From Neophaeotheca triangularis (lineage: Eukaryota), in NCBI GenBank assembly GCA_054600435.1, contig BAAIJX010000052.1:1-64000 (forward strand): a DNA stretch of 64,000 nucleotides, read 5' to 3'. The notes beneath the pieces were generated by a model. The model was not told the DNA's origin. It worked only from the letters and a program-made list of their open reading frames with translations, and ran no database searches. The translations under genes were made by a program, and so were the position numbers. Positions 36,098-47,520 of the stretch are shown here, piece by piece; position 1 is the stretch's first letter, and each line of letters opens with the position of its first letter.

Positions 36098-39000
36098 TCA
36101 CTCCATCTCGACATCGCCATCCCCATCACGCTCCTCGGTAACCTCAACCTCACTCTCCCGCTCCTCATCCTCCCCCTCATCATCACCATCATCAAAATCC
36201 CCCTCCCCATCCCCATCCAAATCCTCCTCCCTCTTAATCCCACCATTCCCAAACCCATTCGTCCCATCGACCCCCTCATCCCCAAAAGTTTCCACATACC
36301 CCTCCTCAAAAGCGCCGGCCTCAGCCTCCTGCTCCCGAACTCGCAGTCTCCAGTTTTCCACATACTGCGGCGCAGCAGACCCGATAGCCCCGGCCCACTC
36401 ATCCAACCTACACTCGTCGACAAAACCCCTAAGAAGCTTCGCTTGAGCTTGATAGTCGCGAGCGAGAGCTTGCACGAAAGCGTCGGGGACATTTGGGCCG
36501 AAACGGGCGCGGAGGATTGCTGGGGAGGGTGTCGCTTCTTCTTCGAGGCAGTGCGAGGGAGGTAGTGGGGGGAAGTCGTCGAGAAGGTTTTGAGAGTGGG
36601 ACTGGGCGATGATGGAGAAGGCGTGGGTGGTGCCAAGAAGTTCCATTAGTGGGTCGTTGGTGAGGTTGGAGGTTTTAATGGCTTTGTAGATGGTGGCCCA
36701 GTCGTCGCGGAGCCAGAGGCGTTGCCAGAAGAGGTGCAGGAGGGCGTTGAGGCGGGCTGGGGGGAGGATGTTGGCGGTGCTGGCGGCGGAAAGGGCGCGC
36801 AGGGCCATGGTGAATTCGGTACCGGTGGGGAAGGGTGCGTCGTTGGTGTTTGCGTCGACGTCGGCGGGGAAGTGGTCCATCAGGGTGAGGACGTCGATGA
36901 GATCTTCCAACGGCAGAACTTTGGACTCGCTCATCAAGTCGTTGAAGCTTGTTGCGAGCTGCTCGCGGAGGGCTGGGGTTTTTGTGTCGACGCCCTTGCC
37001 GTGGTCGGCCATAACGACTTCTTTGATGGCGTGTTCGTCGGTCGCCTGAGCCATTGAAGGTCGGAGTAAATCATAGAGCTCGGTTTGTACCCTGACAATC
37101 TCCAACTCAGGGCTTGATTTGGGTAGAGGGACGTCCTTTGCATCCCGTTGAGCTTCTTGCGCGGCCAACAGCGCCAACCTCGACATGGAATACTCAACGC
37201 TCTGCGCCCAAAGACTGTCCTCCTGCTTCGAAGCGGCAGTCTTGAGCGACTCTGCGGCGTGAGTGAAATCATCGTCAACGGTTACATCGTTAATCCAGCA
37301 CAACTTCGCGCGCGATGGGTTCCCGTGTAGATATCTCGTCAAGTGCACCTGCCAATGCTTCTGCGCCAGCTCGAACAAGCTTCCAGCAGTGGGTTTACTG
37401 AAACCATTATCGAAGAAAGGTATACTCCAGTCGTCCCCATACTTGTCAAAATACCTCCCAACATTGGCTTGAAGAGTGTCGATGTTTTGCTTCAACACAA
37501 TTTGGCCGTCCAGGTCGAGGGAGTCTTGTTCCTCCTTCATAAACTCCATCTCGGCAAGGACAACTTCGGTGAGGGTGCCCATATCCCTATATCTCTCGCA
37601 CAGTCGCATGGCATGCTGTGCTTGTCCGACAGCGAGGAGTTCCACGATAAGCGTATGTCTCTCCGTCTCGTACTTTTTCTTGAGATCGGCTGCCCGTTTC
37701 CTGTCTTCCGACCTCGCGCTCGCGGCACACGACATGATCTTCTCTTCGTAAGTCGAGCAGCACAGCTGGACTAGTGATGGCGTCTCTATAGCCAAAGCAG
37801 CCGCCATGGCACGATTCGCCTCAGGTCCAGGATGTTCAAAGGTCGTTTGAGCTGTTTCGCGTACCATGGCCGCGAATTTCGAAATGGCAGTGAGCATTGC
37901 GTTTGAAGAAGTCCAAAACTCTGGCAGAGCCTCAAATTCTTCCGCGCTTGCGAGGACGCCGTCCTTCAGAGAATTCGGAGGGATACCATAAACATCAGCA
38001 TGCTCCTCGCGGAACCGATGCACCGTGTCCATCGCTCCCAGCCAGAAGTCGCCCGCCTCTTGAACCAGTCTCAAGAGCTTCGCATCGGCTGCCCGGTCCT
38101 TCTCGTCTTCTCGAATCATCTTGACGGTGTTGAAGATATCAGGGAGAGCCTTCTCAAGGCGTGCAACACCGCGAATGAAGAAGCGGCGGACGTAATCGTC
38201 CTCGTCCGCCTCATCAGCGGGCTCCCAATCGAAACGATCCTGTAAGTGATCGCACACCGCTTCGAGCAGCGACGACGAGCGCTTGCCCTTTTTGTGAAAT
38301 TCCAAATGCCCTTCAAACTTCTGCCAAATGGTCTGAGCAGCTGCGACCCTTTCAGCGTCCCACATGAGCTTCCACGTAGTCTCCCGAGAGAGGGCGCCAT
38401 GATGTTGCTTGAGGTGAGCAATCAGACATTGCAGAGCTTGCGCGCGCTGGGTCAGATGCGTCTCGACGAATGTGGTCGGCGCGGTGATGTGGCCGCTTCT
38501 TGAGGAAAGAATTTCACGGCTGATGCCGAGTGCAGCCTCCTCAACGGAGCCTACAGGGTACCGAGCTTCAGAGTAGGCCCTGTGAAAGTCGATGGGATTT
38601 TCTGGCATCTGCCCGTTGAAGACGGCTTGCTCAATCTTGTTCCTGACCGGTACGGCAGACCGTTCAACATCGCCGACTGGGTCGACTGCGGAGAAACGTG
38701 CGAGGCCGGTGCCCTCGATGAATGCAAGGATCGAAGCCTGTCCACTTCTGCTTTCCTCTTCGCAAGTGCCGAGTATAGCTAGCCCTTGCTCACGTCGCAG
38801 ATATACAGGGTCTTGAAAAGGCTCCGGGCCGAGGATAGAGCCATGAAGCTGAGCTTCTGGTGAGTCCATCTCAACGTCGGTCATGGCCACGAGCACGACA
38901 GCGTCCTCAAAGATGGCATACGCTGTATGCCCTGGCTTCGGAACTCGTATCGTCGGGCGCGTGGATCCAGACGTGCCAGAGTATTTCTTTAGCTGGACCA

Positions 39001-40291
39001 TTCTCGTAATCTCAGCCTGCGCATTGTTCACACTGAGATTGACGAGCGAGTACTGTTTATCCTCTCCATACCCCGCGCCGACCAGACAGACAATGTCCAT
39101 CGATTGTTCGGCTCCTACAGTGGCGAGTTCCTGCCCCTTTGCTTCATGAGGTCGGCCCAGCAGAGCAAAGTCGAGTATAGCGCATTGCTCGGCTCTTCCT
39201 TGCATTTCCACCGTCTCCTCGCTCTTCAGCTCCGCGGCCAGTTGTTCCTTGAAGTCGACAGTCCCCCGATGAGTGTGGTTTCCAGACCAGTCCAAATCCC
39301 AAATCTTCATCTGCGCGCTTTCCGTCACACCAATCACCTGCATCTGCCCTTTTGTCCCAAGCGCGCGGGTCCGCGCAGTGCACACGTCTTGCCTCCAAGC
39401 ACCGGCACTGAGAAAGCCTTTGACGCTCCCAAACCACCCACCTTGACTCTGCTCGTTTGTGCGAAGTACTTGAGCCTGTACCTTTGGCTTGCCTTGAGCG
39501 TCCCTGAGCGTGAGCTGGATCAGACGACCGGAGCTGAGAGTGACGATGAAACCAGCATGATCGGCGGCCACAACATCGGTGACTTGCTCGCTGGAAAAGA
39601 TGCCACCAAGAGAGCCATTGACACCGGTCACGCGGTCAGGAAAGATGCTCAGAGATGCCGCGCGTTCGATAGATTCGTAGTAAGTCACATTTCCGCTTGT
39701 CGCTGAGATGAGTACAAGACCAATCTCGGGACTGGCGCCAGTAGTAACCAGGGCGCCAAATGGAAGTGGGTCGGACTCCTTGCTGGGAAAGGGCACTTCG
39801 AAAGTCCGGACGCCGGTGGCAGTTGAATGGACAGTGTAATCCCAGATGTAGGCTTGGGTGTGGGTGATGGCCAGCGCACGGGACCTCGCGGTAGAAACAT
39901 TGGCGCGGTACTCGACATCGTGGCCTTTCAACTCTTTGGGAGTGCTGGGGAGCAGTTTGACACTGTAGCATTGGTTTTGCGTGAGGATGACTGCACCATC
40001 TGCCCTTCTGTGTCGTTCGCTAGCCTTCTTCTTGCTTCTGACGGGTATGTCCATTTCAGCCAACGGCGTCGAGGTACGACTCGCTCTTGTAGTTTTGCCC
40101 AGCCCATTCATCGTCGCATGTCCATTGGTCTCTTCATCGTCGTTGGGAGTGAAGGTATCCTCATTGAGCTTGCTCCTCTTGCGCCGGGGCGCCGTCTTCA
40201 CGCTATCCTCATCGTTGCGCGGCCTTCTGCGCGGGTTTCGCGTTCGTAGCGTTCGCTCCGTACCAGGCTCCGGAGTTTGGGAGGTGGACAT
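36098..40291 (-). CDS. NUP133: Nucleoporin Nup133, ~1397 aa
   Basis: Basic disordered N-terminus, beta-propeller motifs (YSVKLLP, AYIWDY, GNVTYYESI, SSGRL), helical C-terminus (LMWDAER, LCERYRDM, LCWINDV, DLIDVLTLMD). First ATG is at 40291. Confidence 0.9.
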   Translation of the reverse strand: MSTSQTPEPGTERTLRTRNPRRRPRNDEDSVKTAPRRKRSKLNEDTFTPNDDEETNGHATMNGLGKTTRASRTSTPLAEMDIPVRSKKKASERHRRADGAVILTQNQCYSVKLLPSTPKELKGHDVEYRANVSTARSRALAITHTQAYIWDYTVHSTATGVRTFEVPFPSKESDPLPFGALVTTGASPEIGLVLISATSGNVTYYESIERAASLSIFPDRVTGVNGSLGGIFSSEQVTDVVAADHAGFIVTLSSGRLIQLTLRDAQGKPKVQAQVLRTNEQSQGGWFGSVKGFLSAGAWRQDVCTARTRALGTKGQMQVIGVTESAQMKIWDLDWSGNHTHRGTVDFKEQLAAELKSEETVEMQGRAEQCAILDFALLGRPHEAKGQELATVGAEQSMDIVCLVGAGYGEDKQYSLVNLSVNNAQAEITRMVQLKKYSGTSGSTRPTIRVPKPGHTAYAIFEDAVVLVAMTDVEMDSPEAQLHGSILGPEPFQDPVYLRREQGLAILGTCEEESRSGQASILAFIEGTGLARFSAVDPVGDVERSAVPVRNKIEQAVFNGQMPENPIDFHRAYSEARYPVGSVEEAALGISREILSSRSGHITAPTTFVETHLTQRAQALQCLIAHLKQHHGALSRETTWKLMWDAERVAAAQTIWQKFEGHLEFHKKGKRSSSLLEAVCDHLQDRFDWEPADEADEDDYVRRFFIRGVARLEKALPDIFNTVKMIREDEKDRAADAKLLRLVQEAGDFWLGAMDTVHRFREEHADVYGIPPNSLKDGVLASAEEFEALPEFWTSSNAMLTAISKFAAMVRETAQTTFEHPGPEANRAMAAALAIETPSLVQLCCSTYEEKIMSCAASARSEDRKRAADLKKKYETERHTLIVELLAVGQAQHAMRLCERYRDMGTLTEVVLAEMEFMKEEQDSLDLDGQIVLKQNIDTLQANVGRYFDKYGDDWSIPFFDNGFSKPTAGSLFELAQKHWQVHLTRYLHGNPSRAKLCWINDVTVDDDFTHAAESLKTAASKQEDSLWAQSVEYSMSRLALLAAQEAQRDAKDVPLPKSSPELEIVRVQTELYDLLRPSMAQATDEHAIKEVVMADHGKGVDTKTPALREQLATSFNDLMSESKVLPLEDLIDVLTLMDHFPADVDANTNDAPFPTGTEFTMALRALSAASTANILPPARLNALLHLFWQRLWLRDDWATIYKAIKTSNLTNDPLMELLGTTHAFSIIAQSHSQNLLDDFPPLPPSHCLEEEATPSPAILRARFGPNVPDAFVQALARDYQAQAKLLRGFVDECRLDEWAGAIGSAAPQYVENWRLRVREQEAEAGAFEEGYVETFGDEGVDGTNGFGNGGIKREEDLDGDGEGDFDDGDDEGEDEERESEVEVTEERDGDGDVEME

Positions 40292-40628
40292 TTTCACGTC
40301 ACTGTCGAAGCACTATGCGGAGATAATAGTTCAGCAAGAGGGAACAACAGATGCAGCAAGCATGTGCAGGTTAGAGAGGATGAAATGTTGTTGCGCGTGT
40401 TACCTCCAGCTTGGGAGAGAGCTCGGAGAAACAGAAGCTAAACTTCTTTGGTCCGCTAACCCCGAGAAGATGCCAAGACAAGTGTTTATCAAGCACGTGC
40501 ACGATAACTTTGAGCATCAAGGTACAAGTAAAATGGAAGATGACAAGCACGTGGATGAGGTAGGGTTTCTAGTAAAGCTCCACTGCGACTCGTAATTGCT
40601 CATCATTCATTTGATTCGACCAAAAACC

Positions 40629-41742
40629 TCAGAGCTGGACATCATTGTTCACCAACCGCACCTCCTCACCAGGTTTGAAGGCCGGCAGACCGATGTACGG
40701 GCAACCGTCACATCTGAAGGCGTCACCAAGAGCGCAGTTACCACAGCTTCCGACCTTACCCTGCACCGTGAAGTCGACCTCGGTCAAGTCGTCAGCACCC
40801 AATTTGGCGAGGTTCGCATCTGCGTTGTCGCGCTTCTCCTTGTCCTCTGCATTTAAGCGCTCCGCGAGACCACAAGAACAGTCCTTGCAGGCTCGTCGAC
40901 GCTTTGTGTTGGGCTTGCAGGCTTCGGCTGAGTTTGTCGTTAGATTTGCACTCATGGCTACAAGGATGCGGGAACCAACACTTACGGACTATAATCGGTC
41001 GCTGCCTGTCCTCTTCTGTCAAAAGGGTATCCGGGTCAATCTTGGCCGCCGCTTGCAACTCCTCATTTGATGGTATGTAGGCCTCGTCGTCGTCATCCAT
41101 ATCAGCGTCAAGGTCATCCGTACTGTCGATGAAGCCAACACCCGCCGGAGTGGCCTTGACACCATTCCCAGCAGCCGACATATCCTCGCTCTTCCTCTTT
41201 GCGGTGTTTGCAGCCTCGATACCATTCGCAGGCACAGCAGCAGCGTTGGCCTTCTTTTTCCCAAAGCTCAACTTGACAGTCTGCCCCGCCGTCGACTGTG
41301 GCTTGACCATGCCGTCTCCCTCTCCCTTGATCAACCCAGCGAGAATAGCCTCCGTCTGTTCAGCCCCGGGTACGTTCGCAAAGCCGCCATCCTGCGCCTT
41401 CAAGCGTCCCCCATCTTTCAAAGCTGGCACTATGCGCTCCATGACTGTACGGTCGAGTAGTCTCGAACTCTCTTGCCGCGAGCCATCAACGTCTGTGAGA
41501 AGTAGTACGACATCGTAGGTAGCGGCGGGTAAGGCTACCAGACCCATGGCTAGCCGGTCCAACATTTGAATGTCTGTCACGCTTCGGTCGTGTGCTTCAA
41601 TCGTTTTGGTGAGGACCTCTGGGTGTGCTGCTACTGAAGGTGGGGCAAGCAGCAGCGTTCGCGAACCGCTTTTGGCGGAAGCGGGAGCGGTAGGCATGTC
41701 GAAGTCGTCGGTATTGTCAATGGTTACAATTGAAGGCGCCAT
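40629..41742 (-). CDS. DRE2: Fe-S cluster assembly protein Dre2/anamorsin, 2 exons (41742-40986, 40927-40629)
   Basis: [12 protein letters not shown]...[12 protein letters not shown] and [29 protein letters not shown] motifs. Confidence 0.97.
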
Positions 41743-42402
41743 GGTGGATGGTTGTGTTGTGGTACGGTGATAATGTGGTGTTGCTGAGGGCTATGGGGAG
41801 GTTCAAACGTTGATATAGTGAGGGTAGGTCTTTGACGGAGATGTTGGAAATGTCTGCTTTCCGATAGGGCAGGCGGGGGCGGCTGACAAACGTCACGTCA
41901 CGTTCCCGTCCCTCTACTAGTAGTACCTCCTACTGCGATACCGGGTTGCGCTATCTCAGAAAGTAGAAAGGGTCCAGGTTTGAGAGAGCGAGTGTCTTGG
42001 CAGGATAAGGTACGGTAAGTTAGCCCAAGCCCGAATCTCGAGTGTCGAAGAACAAAAGACGACAAAGCCACACCAAAACCCATCCATGGATGATAGCTGG
42101 GTAGGTAGTCACCTTGCAATCTGACAACAACATCCACGGTCGCACTACCGATCCGCATTATTCTTATTGCACTCGCCATTCCATCACTCCCGTCAGGCCA
42201 GGCACTATATAATGAGCCAATGGTAGAAGTCGCAAAAGCCACCTGCACGCCTCAAGCTGTTTTATTAGGTAGACACGCTACCTCACCATACTGTACCTAC
42301 CTGCAGAAACATACTGCATCTTCAATCAAATCCCACCTCACCCACGCTTTGGAACTCCACCGTCATGCTACAGAGGCAGCGTTCATTGAGAAATAAGAAG
42401 CC

Positions 42403-43977
42403 ATGGTCATCCAGCTGTCTTCGTGCAGGAACTTGCTGTACGCTTTTCTTGCCATCCTCACAGCCCACGTCGCCATCTCTTCCATGATGAAATATTCAAA
42501 TACCCATGTCCCCCTACTAATCGCCCTCTCTCACTCCTCCCCCTCGTCCTCCTCTTCCAAACCAAATCAAACCCCTCAGGAAATTCCCCCCAACAACTCA
42601 TCCGTAAACCTCAATTGGCATCCTCCAATCCAAAGCAACATCAACAGCCTCTCAAGCGCAATCAATGGCACCGGAACCTATGGCTTCATCTACAACTCCA
42701 GCCAAGGACCCCCAGACGCCGACAACTGGTGCAACATGCCACACGTCAACCCCAAAACTTACCCCAGAGTCGACGACACCAAGTACAAACTCGAATACGT
42801 CCAAGTAATCCACCGCCATCACAAAAGAACCCCCTACGCCTCCAACACTTTCCCCATCGAAACCTACCCCTGGAACTGCGACGACCAAGGCCTCTTCTAC
42901 GGCGGCAAACCCCTCAACCCGCCAGGCAACGCCAGCGCCTCCACCTATTGGAACGTCTACACCTCGCCCTCCAACCCGCTCCGCCCCGACGGCTTCCCCG
43001 GAACCTGCCAATTCCCCCAAATCACCCGCGGCGGCCTCGACGACTCGCACCAACACGGCGCAGACCTCAAAGCCGTCTACAATGACCTCCTTCACTTCCT
43101 CCCGGCCACCTACTCCCCTGACACAACCTCCTACCGCGTCACCAACAACGTCATCACCAGCCAAGTCGCCAGCATGCTTATCGCAGCCATGCACCCAACC
43201 CTCAACAACACGCCAACACCCCTCGCAATCCAACCGCCCTCCATCGACTCCCTCGAACCCTCCTACCCCTGCCCAGCCTCCAAAACCCTCTACCAAACCC
43301 ACGGCCCGGGCAGCCCGGACCCGCTCTGGCAAACCCACCTCACGGCCTCAGCCCCTCTATTCGCAACCCTCGACGCCATAACCACCGTGCCCCCCACAGA
43401 CCCCGACTTCCACAAAAGCTGGGACCACTACAACGACGCGCTGTCGGCGCGCCTCTGCCACTCCAAACCCCTGCCCTGCAACCCCTCGGACCCAAACCAC
43501 TGCGTGACACCCTCTCAAGCCGCCCAAGTCTTCCGCCTAGGCCACTACGAATACTCGCACCTCTACCGCGACCGCCCCGAGCTCTTCCCCGCCGCCGTCG
43601 CGAGCTCCGGCATCTGGATAGCAGAGCTGGCCCGGCATTTACGCGACGCCGTGAGCGGCGGGCGTTTTGTGAGGTATAGGCATCATGTCGCGCACGATGG
43701 GTCTTTGGCGGGGTTGTTGGCGGTTTTGCAGGTGGAGAGGATGGTTTGGCCTGGGATGGGTGCCGAGGTTGTTTTTGAGTTGTATAGGAAGGAGGGCGAG
43801 GAGGGGGAGGGAGGTCGGGGGTTCTATGTGCGGGTTTTGTGGGGTGGGAGGGTTTTGAGGTCGAGTCATCCTGCGTTGGGGGTTATGGATATGGTGCCTG
43901 TGGAGATTGTTTTGGGGTATTTTGATGGGTTGGTTGGAGTGGATGCTAGTAGGGTACTGGGACTTTGTGGGGAGTGA
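42403..43977 (+). CDS. Secreted/membrane-anchored histidine acid phosphatase, 524 aa
   Basis: Catalytic RHHKRTP (RHGxRxP variant) and HDG motif; hydrophobic N-terminus; WCNMPHV. Confidence 0.92.
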   Translation: MVIQLSSCRNLLYAFLAILTAHVAISSMMKYSNTHVPLLIALSHSSPSSSSSKPNQTPQEIPPNNSSVNLNWHPPIQSNINSLSSAINGTGTYGFIYNSSQGPPDADNWCNMPHVNPKTYPRVDDTKYKLEYVQVIHRHHKRTPYASNTFPIETYPWNCDDQGLFYGGKPLNPPGNASASTYWNVYTSPSNPLRPDGFPGTCQFPQITRGGLDDSHQHGADLKAVYNDLLHFLPATYSPDTTSYRVTNNVITSQVASMLIAAMHPTLNNTPTPLAIQPPSIDSLEPSYPCPASKTLYQTHGPGSPDPLWQTHLTASAPLFATLDAITTVPPTDPDFHKSWDHYNDALSARLCHSKPLPCNPSDPNHCVTPSQAAQVFRLGHYEYSHLYRDRPELFPAAVASSGIWIAELARHLRDAVSGGRFVRYRHHVAHDGSLAGLLAVLQVERMVWPGMGAEVVFELYRKEGEEGEGGRGFYVRVLWGGRVLRSSHPALGVMDMVPVEIVLGYFDGLVGVDASRVLGLCGE

Positions 43978-44227
43978 GGAGGGTTGCGTAGATTGGGGTA
44001 GATTTGGAAAAAAAAAAATCCATTGCAGTTGCTGTTGCTGCTACGAAACTTCTCGTCTGATGTTACACGTGATTCATCAACTCGTAATAAAAGCACTTTA
44101 CATCGGGTCCGGGGTCAGGAAGCCATGAGGCTAGCGACGGTGAGATTAACACCATCACAGCCCACCCAACGACAGGCAAAGCAGGGCGATCAACACCCAA
44201 ATAACCCGTACTCCCGTACCTCGACCC

Positions 44228-44952
44228 TCACTTCTTCTTCTCCTCCACACCATCCTCCTCCTCCACACTCCCCATAGTGCCCGCCGAAGACGACGAGCTC
44301 ATCTTCTCGAGAGCATTCTGCTTCAGCTCCTCCTGAGCCTCCGCGGACCCGGGGCCGTGAAAGTCCTCGTCGTAGTCGATGGCCTCCTCGGGGTCGACGG
44401 ACTCGAATTTCGTCTTCAAGGCCGAATGGCCGGCTGCTTGCGAGAAGCTGTTGGTGCGGCGGCGGGGTTTGGAAGGGTTGTAGGCGTAGTCTTCGAGCTC
44501 AGACATGCCGGGAGCACCCCTAGGTGGAATGTGTTAGCGGAAAGGCTTCTGTTTGGATGGACTAGGATTGGGCGGGTGAGGGAATGTATGGAGCAGGGTA
44601 TGGGGAGAGATTTGAGAGGCAGAGATATGGTGAACGGTTGCAAGATCTTACCAGTTACCCTTGCCTCCACCAGCCTTTTTGGTGCCGCTGGGGTTGTCGC
44701 CGGCGTAGCCTGCTTTGCCGAAGTAGCGGGGAAGGTGCTCTTCCGGGGCGGCGGTGCCATTGGCAAGGCCAACGTGGTCACGGTCGGTGGCTTTGTGGGT
44801 GCGGGTCACTTGAAGTGGTTTGTTAGCTGCTGGTTGAAAGTTGGGAGGAAGATGTCGATCAAGGACAATGGCTGATTTGACTCATCGTTGTCGTGGGTTT
44901 GATGTCTGCTCAATTGACGGCCAGATTGGAGAGGGTCTCAGTGGTACTTACT
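44228..44952 (-). CDS. STF2-like / HABP4-type small stress protein, 149 aa; start codon split A|TG; coding exons 44952, 44808-44652, 44519-44228
   Basis: MTRTHKATDRDH...LPRYFGKAG...TKKAGGGKGNWG...ELED..YN...RRRTNS. Both introns have GTAAG donors and GCTAAC branch points. Confidence 0.85.
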
Positions 44953-46092
44953 CTTTGCGGTTGTGTGGCTGGGATGATGGAGATTGTTGTCTTTGATTGT
45001 ATGTTGTCGCGGAGGATGGATGGCAGGAGATCAATGGATCAAGAGAGATTGAAGTAGGTTTAAGGATTGAAAGTAAAGAAGAGGTGTAGTCGGATTGGAT
45101 GTCACGCGACCTTGACGTACGTATGTCGTCCGGAATGGCTAGGTAAATAACCTAGGGTGCCGAGATGGCCGTAGATATCCCTTGCAGGTTGATAAGGTAT
45201 GTATTGTAATACTCAGGAAGGAACTATGGGAGCTAATAACAGCAGCCTTTGATCTGGCCAGACGTTGATTAGGACTTGATTGATAATTGGATCAGCGATA
45301 GGAGATGGGAGATGGGAGAAGGATGGCGGATGGCGGTGTGGATGAAACAACGGTAATGCTGCAACTGCAACAAAGGATGCGGAGCTCTGTTTGAACAAGC
45401 ACCATAGGTAGCTGTAAGCTGTCTCCCCTTTGAAGTAAGAGGTGAAGTGGGGCCATAGGAGGTAGTCATGCTTCGTACTGGCAACCTAAGCTCTTCCCTT
45501 CCAGGCCTTTCCATATCACGCGGCACGGCTGACGGCAGGTTGAACTTGGGTTGCTATTCGGGCATTTACTGAACCTACGATAACGGCGCATGGAGCTTCG
45601 AAAGATGTCGCGCAGATACGTCCGGTACTGTACCCACAGATGAGGCTGGAGTAGTAGTAGTGAGTGTTCTTTGTCTCCCTCCATCCTTATCAGCTCCAGC
45701 TTGCAAGACCACTCAGCATCCTGCGAGATCAAGTCGATGCGGGTACCTACTCAAACGTTCCGAGGACTACTACTCCCTTTTCTAATCAAGCAAGTCTCTA
45801 CCTAATCAGAACCTCCCGACATTGGCGAGAGCTGTACCTGTACCTGCAGCCCTTCCCCACACCGTGTCCCGCAGCTGCCACCAGCTACCCCAGACATAGC
45901 TCCACGCTAACATCAAAGTCTAAAACATATACCTAGGTATAGGTAAGGTACTAGGTATCAGAGTCCACTTAGGGAACAGTGCTGAAGCTCACGCGACCAA
46001 CCATCCAGGCCAGATCCATGAGTGTTAAGGCGTTGTGAGTAGTCACCTTTGCGTTTCTGCCACATTCGGTGGGGCTACGTATACGCCTAATC

Positions 46093-47520
46093 CTAACCCA
46101 CTATATACCGCTTGAACTCCCGAGTCGACATTACCCATTCAGACATGAGATCCAGCTCATTGTATGTCTGCAAAGCGGTCAGCCAAAAGATGACTCGCAA
46201 GGCCGAGTGGGAGAAGACACGTACTCTACCCATAGTCTCGGGTACCCGCAAAAAGGCCCACACCCGCGAAAGCAAGGCCATACCGCCGAAGAAGAAGCCC
46301 AGCTTGCCTCGCAAGTTGACCTGCTCGGGACTCATGGGGTAGAGAATGGCGACCGTCATGGTGATGCCGACGATTGCTTGTACGGCAGTGGCGAGTGCTA
46401 TCGGTTTTGCACGAGCTCTTGTCGCGGAGACTTCGCTGAGGATGACGAAGCAGACCGGACCCATGCTGAGGTCGTAGAAGAAGTTCCTACAGTCGTGGTC
46501 AGCTAATGAGCGGAGAATGTTGAGTAGCAGAGCTCTGTCCTATGCGTACACAACGAGCATCAGACTCGACTGCACCACGTGACGCTGGCGTTATTCAAGT
46601 GATTTGGCAAGTAGTCCCGGAAACCAATAAGCAACTGGAGCGTGGCCAACACGGCGAGACCATTCGTGTAGATCGTTCGCCGGCCCAAACGTAGCAATAA
46701 TATCCAGATTAGGCAGGTACGAACGAAACCCACGGCTAAAAAGCCGATATTCATTTCTATGCCATGTCAGTCTGTATCAAGTGAAAAGCTCTGAGACGCG
46801 GATGCATACCGAATGATTTGCTGGTAGGCAGGCCAGCCCGCTCAAAGAACAAAGCCGAGTACCCAATCAAGTATATCCCACTTAATACCTGAATGGTATA
46901 GACCCCGACCGAGATCTGTCCTGCGAGCGTTGCTCTCCCTAAATCCCTAAACAAATCAAACTAAGTTGCACCTTCTTCTATTTCCCTCTCCAACCTATCC
47001 GTCAGAGTCTCCGCAATCACGTCGAGAGCCGATTTGGGATCCACAGCCGCATCCGCAAGACGACGCAGCACGTCCTCTGCTTCCAGATATCGGCCCTTTC
47101 GAACGAGCCACCAGGGACGCGAACGGCAAGCCCACCATTACCACAACAGGCCAAATCCACTGCAGAGCAAAAGGCGCCGAGTACGCCGAACGGCTATTAG
47201 CCATATGACATACGTCGGAAGCGTAAGCCGGTGCAATGACGGCGTATCATCCCAGCACCAGGCCCCCGAGCAACTCCCCTACCAGCAAGACCGGCGGCTA
47301 ACGAGCGAAGAATTGGATGAAGATGCAGCAAGCGGTGGCGACGACGCAGGTGGCGAAAATCCGGCGTCGCTCGTAGCGCTCCAGTGGGTAGGCGGTAGCT
47401 AGTGCCCCGGCTACTTGGCCTATTGGCGAGCCCTCTGAAAGACCACTCTGCCACTGTAGTGGCCTTTGTAGTTGTAGCCAAAGTCTGGTTGGAAGACTGG
47501 CATGGTGTAGAGGTTGAAAG
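46093..47520 (-). pseudogene. Pseudogene of an MFS maltose/alpha-glucoside-type sugar porter
   Basis: Collinear fragments QWQSGL..IGQ, FIQFFA, APAYASDVC, PFALQWIWP, GYSALFFERAGL, GRRTIY, FYDLSMGPVCFVILSEVSA, LRGKLGFFFGG, RVPETMGR|TYNELD, broken by stops, frameshifts and deletions. Confidence 0.9.

Noticed and set aside
36023..36565. Ile/Pro/Leu-rich ORFs on the + strand
   Set aside because: Antisense translation of the acidic NUP133 tail.
40313..40403. Possible 5'-UTR intron or upstream coding exon of NUP133
   Set aside because: GT and AG are present, but the branch point is weak and there is no upstream in-frame ATG; unsupported without transcripts.
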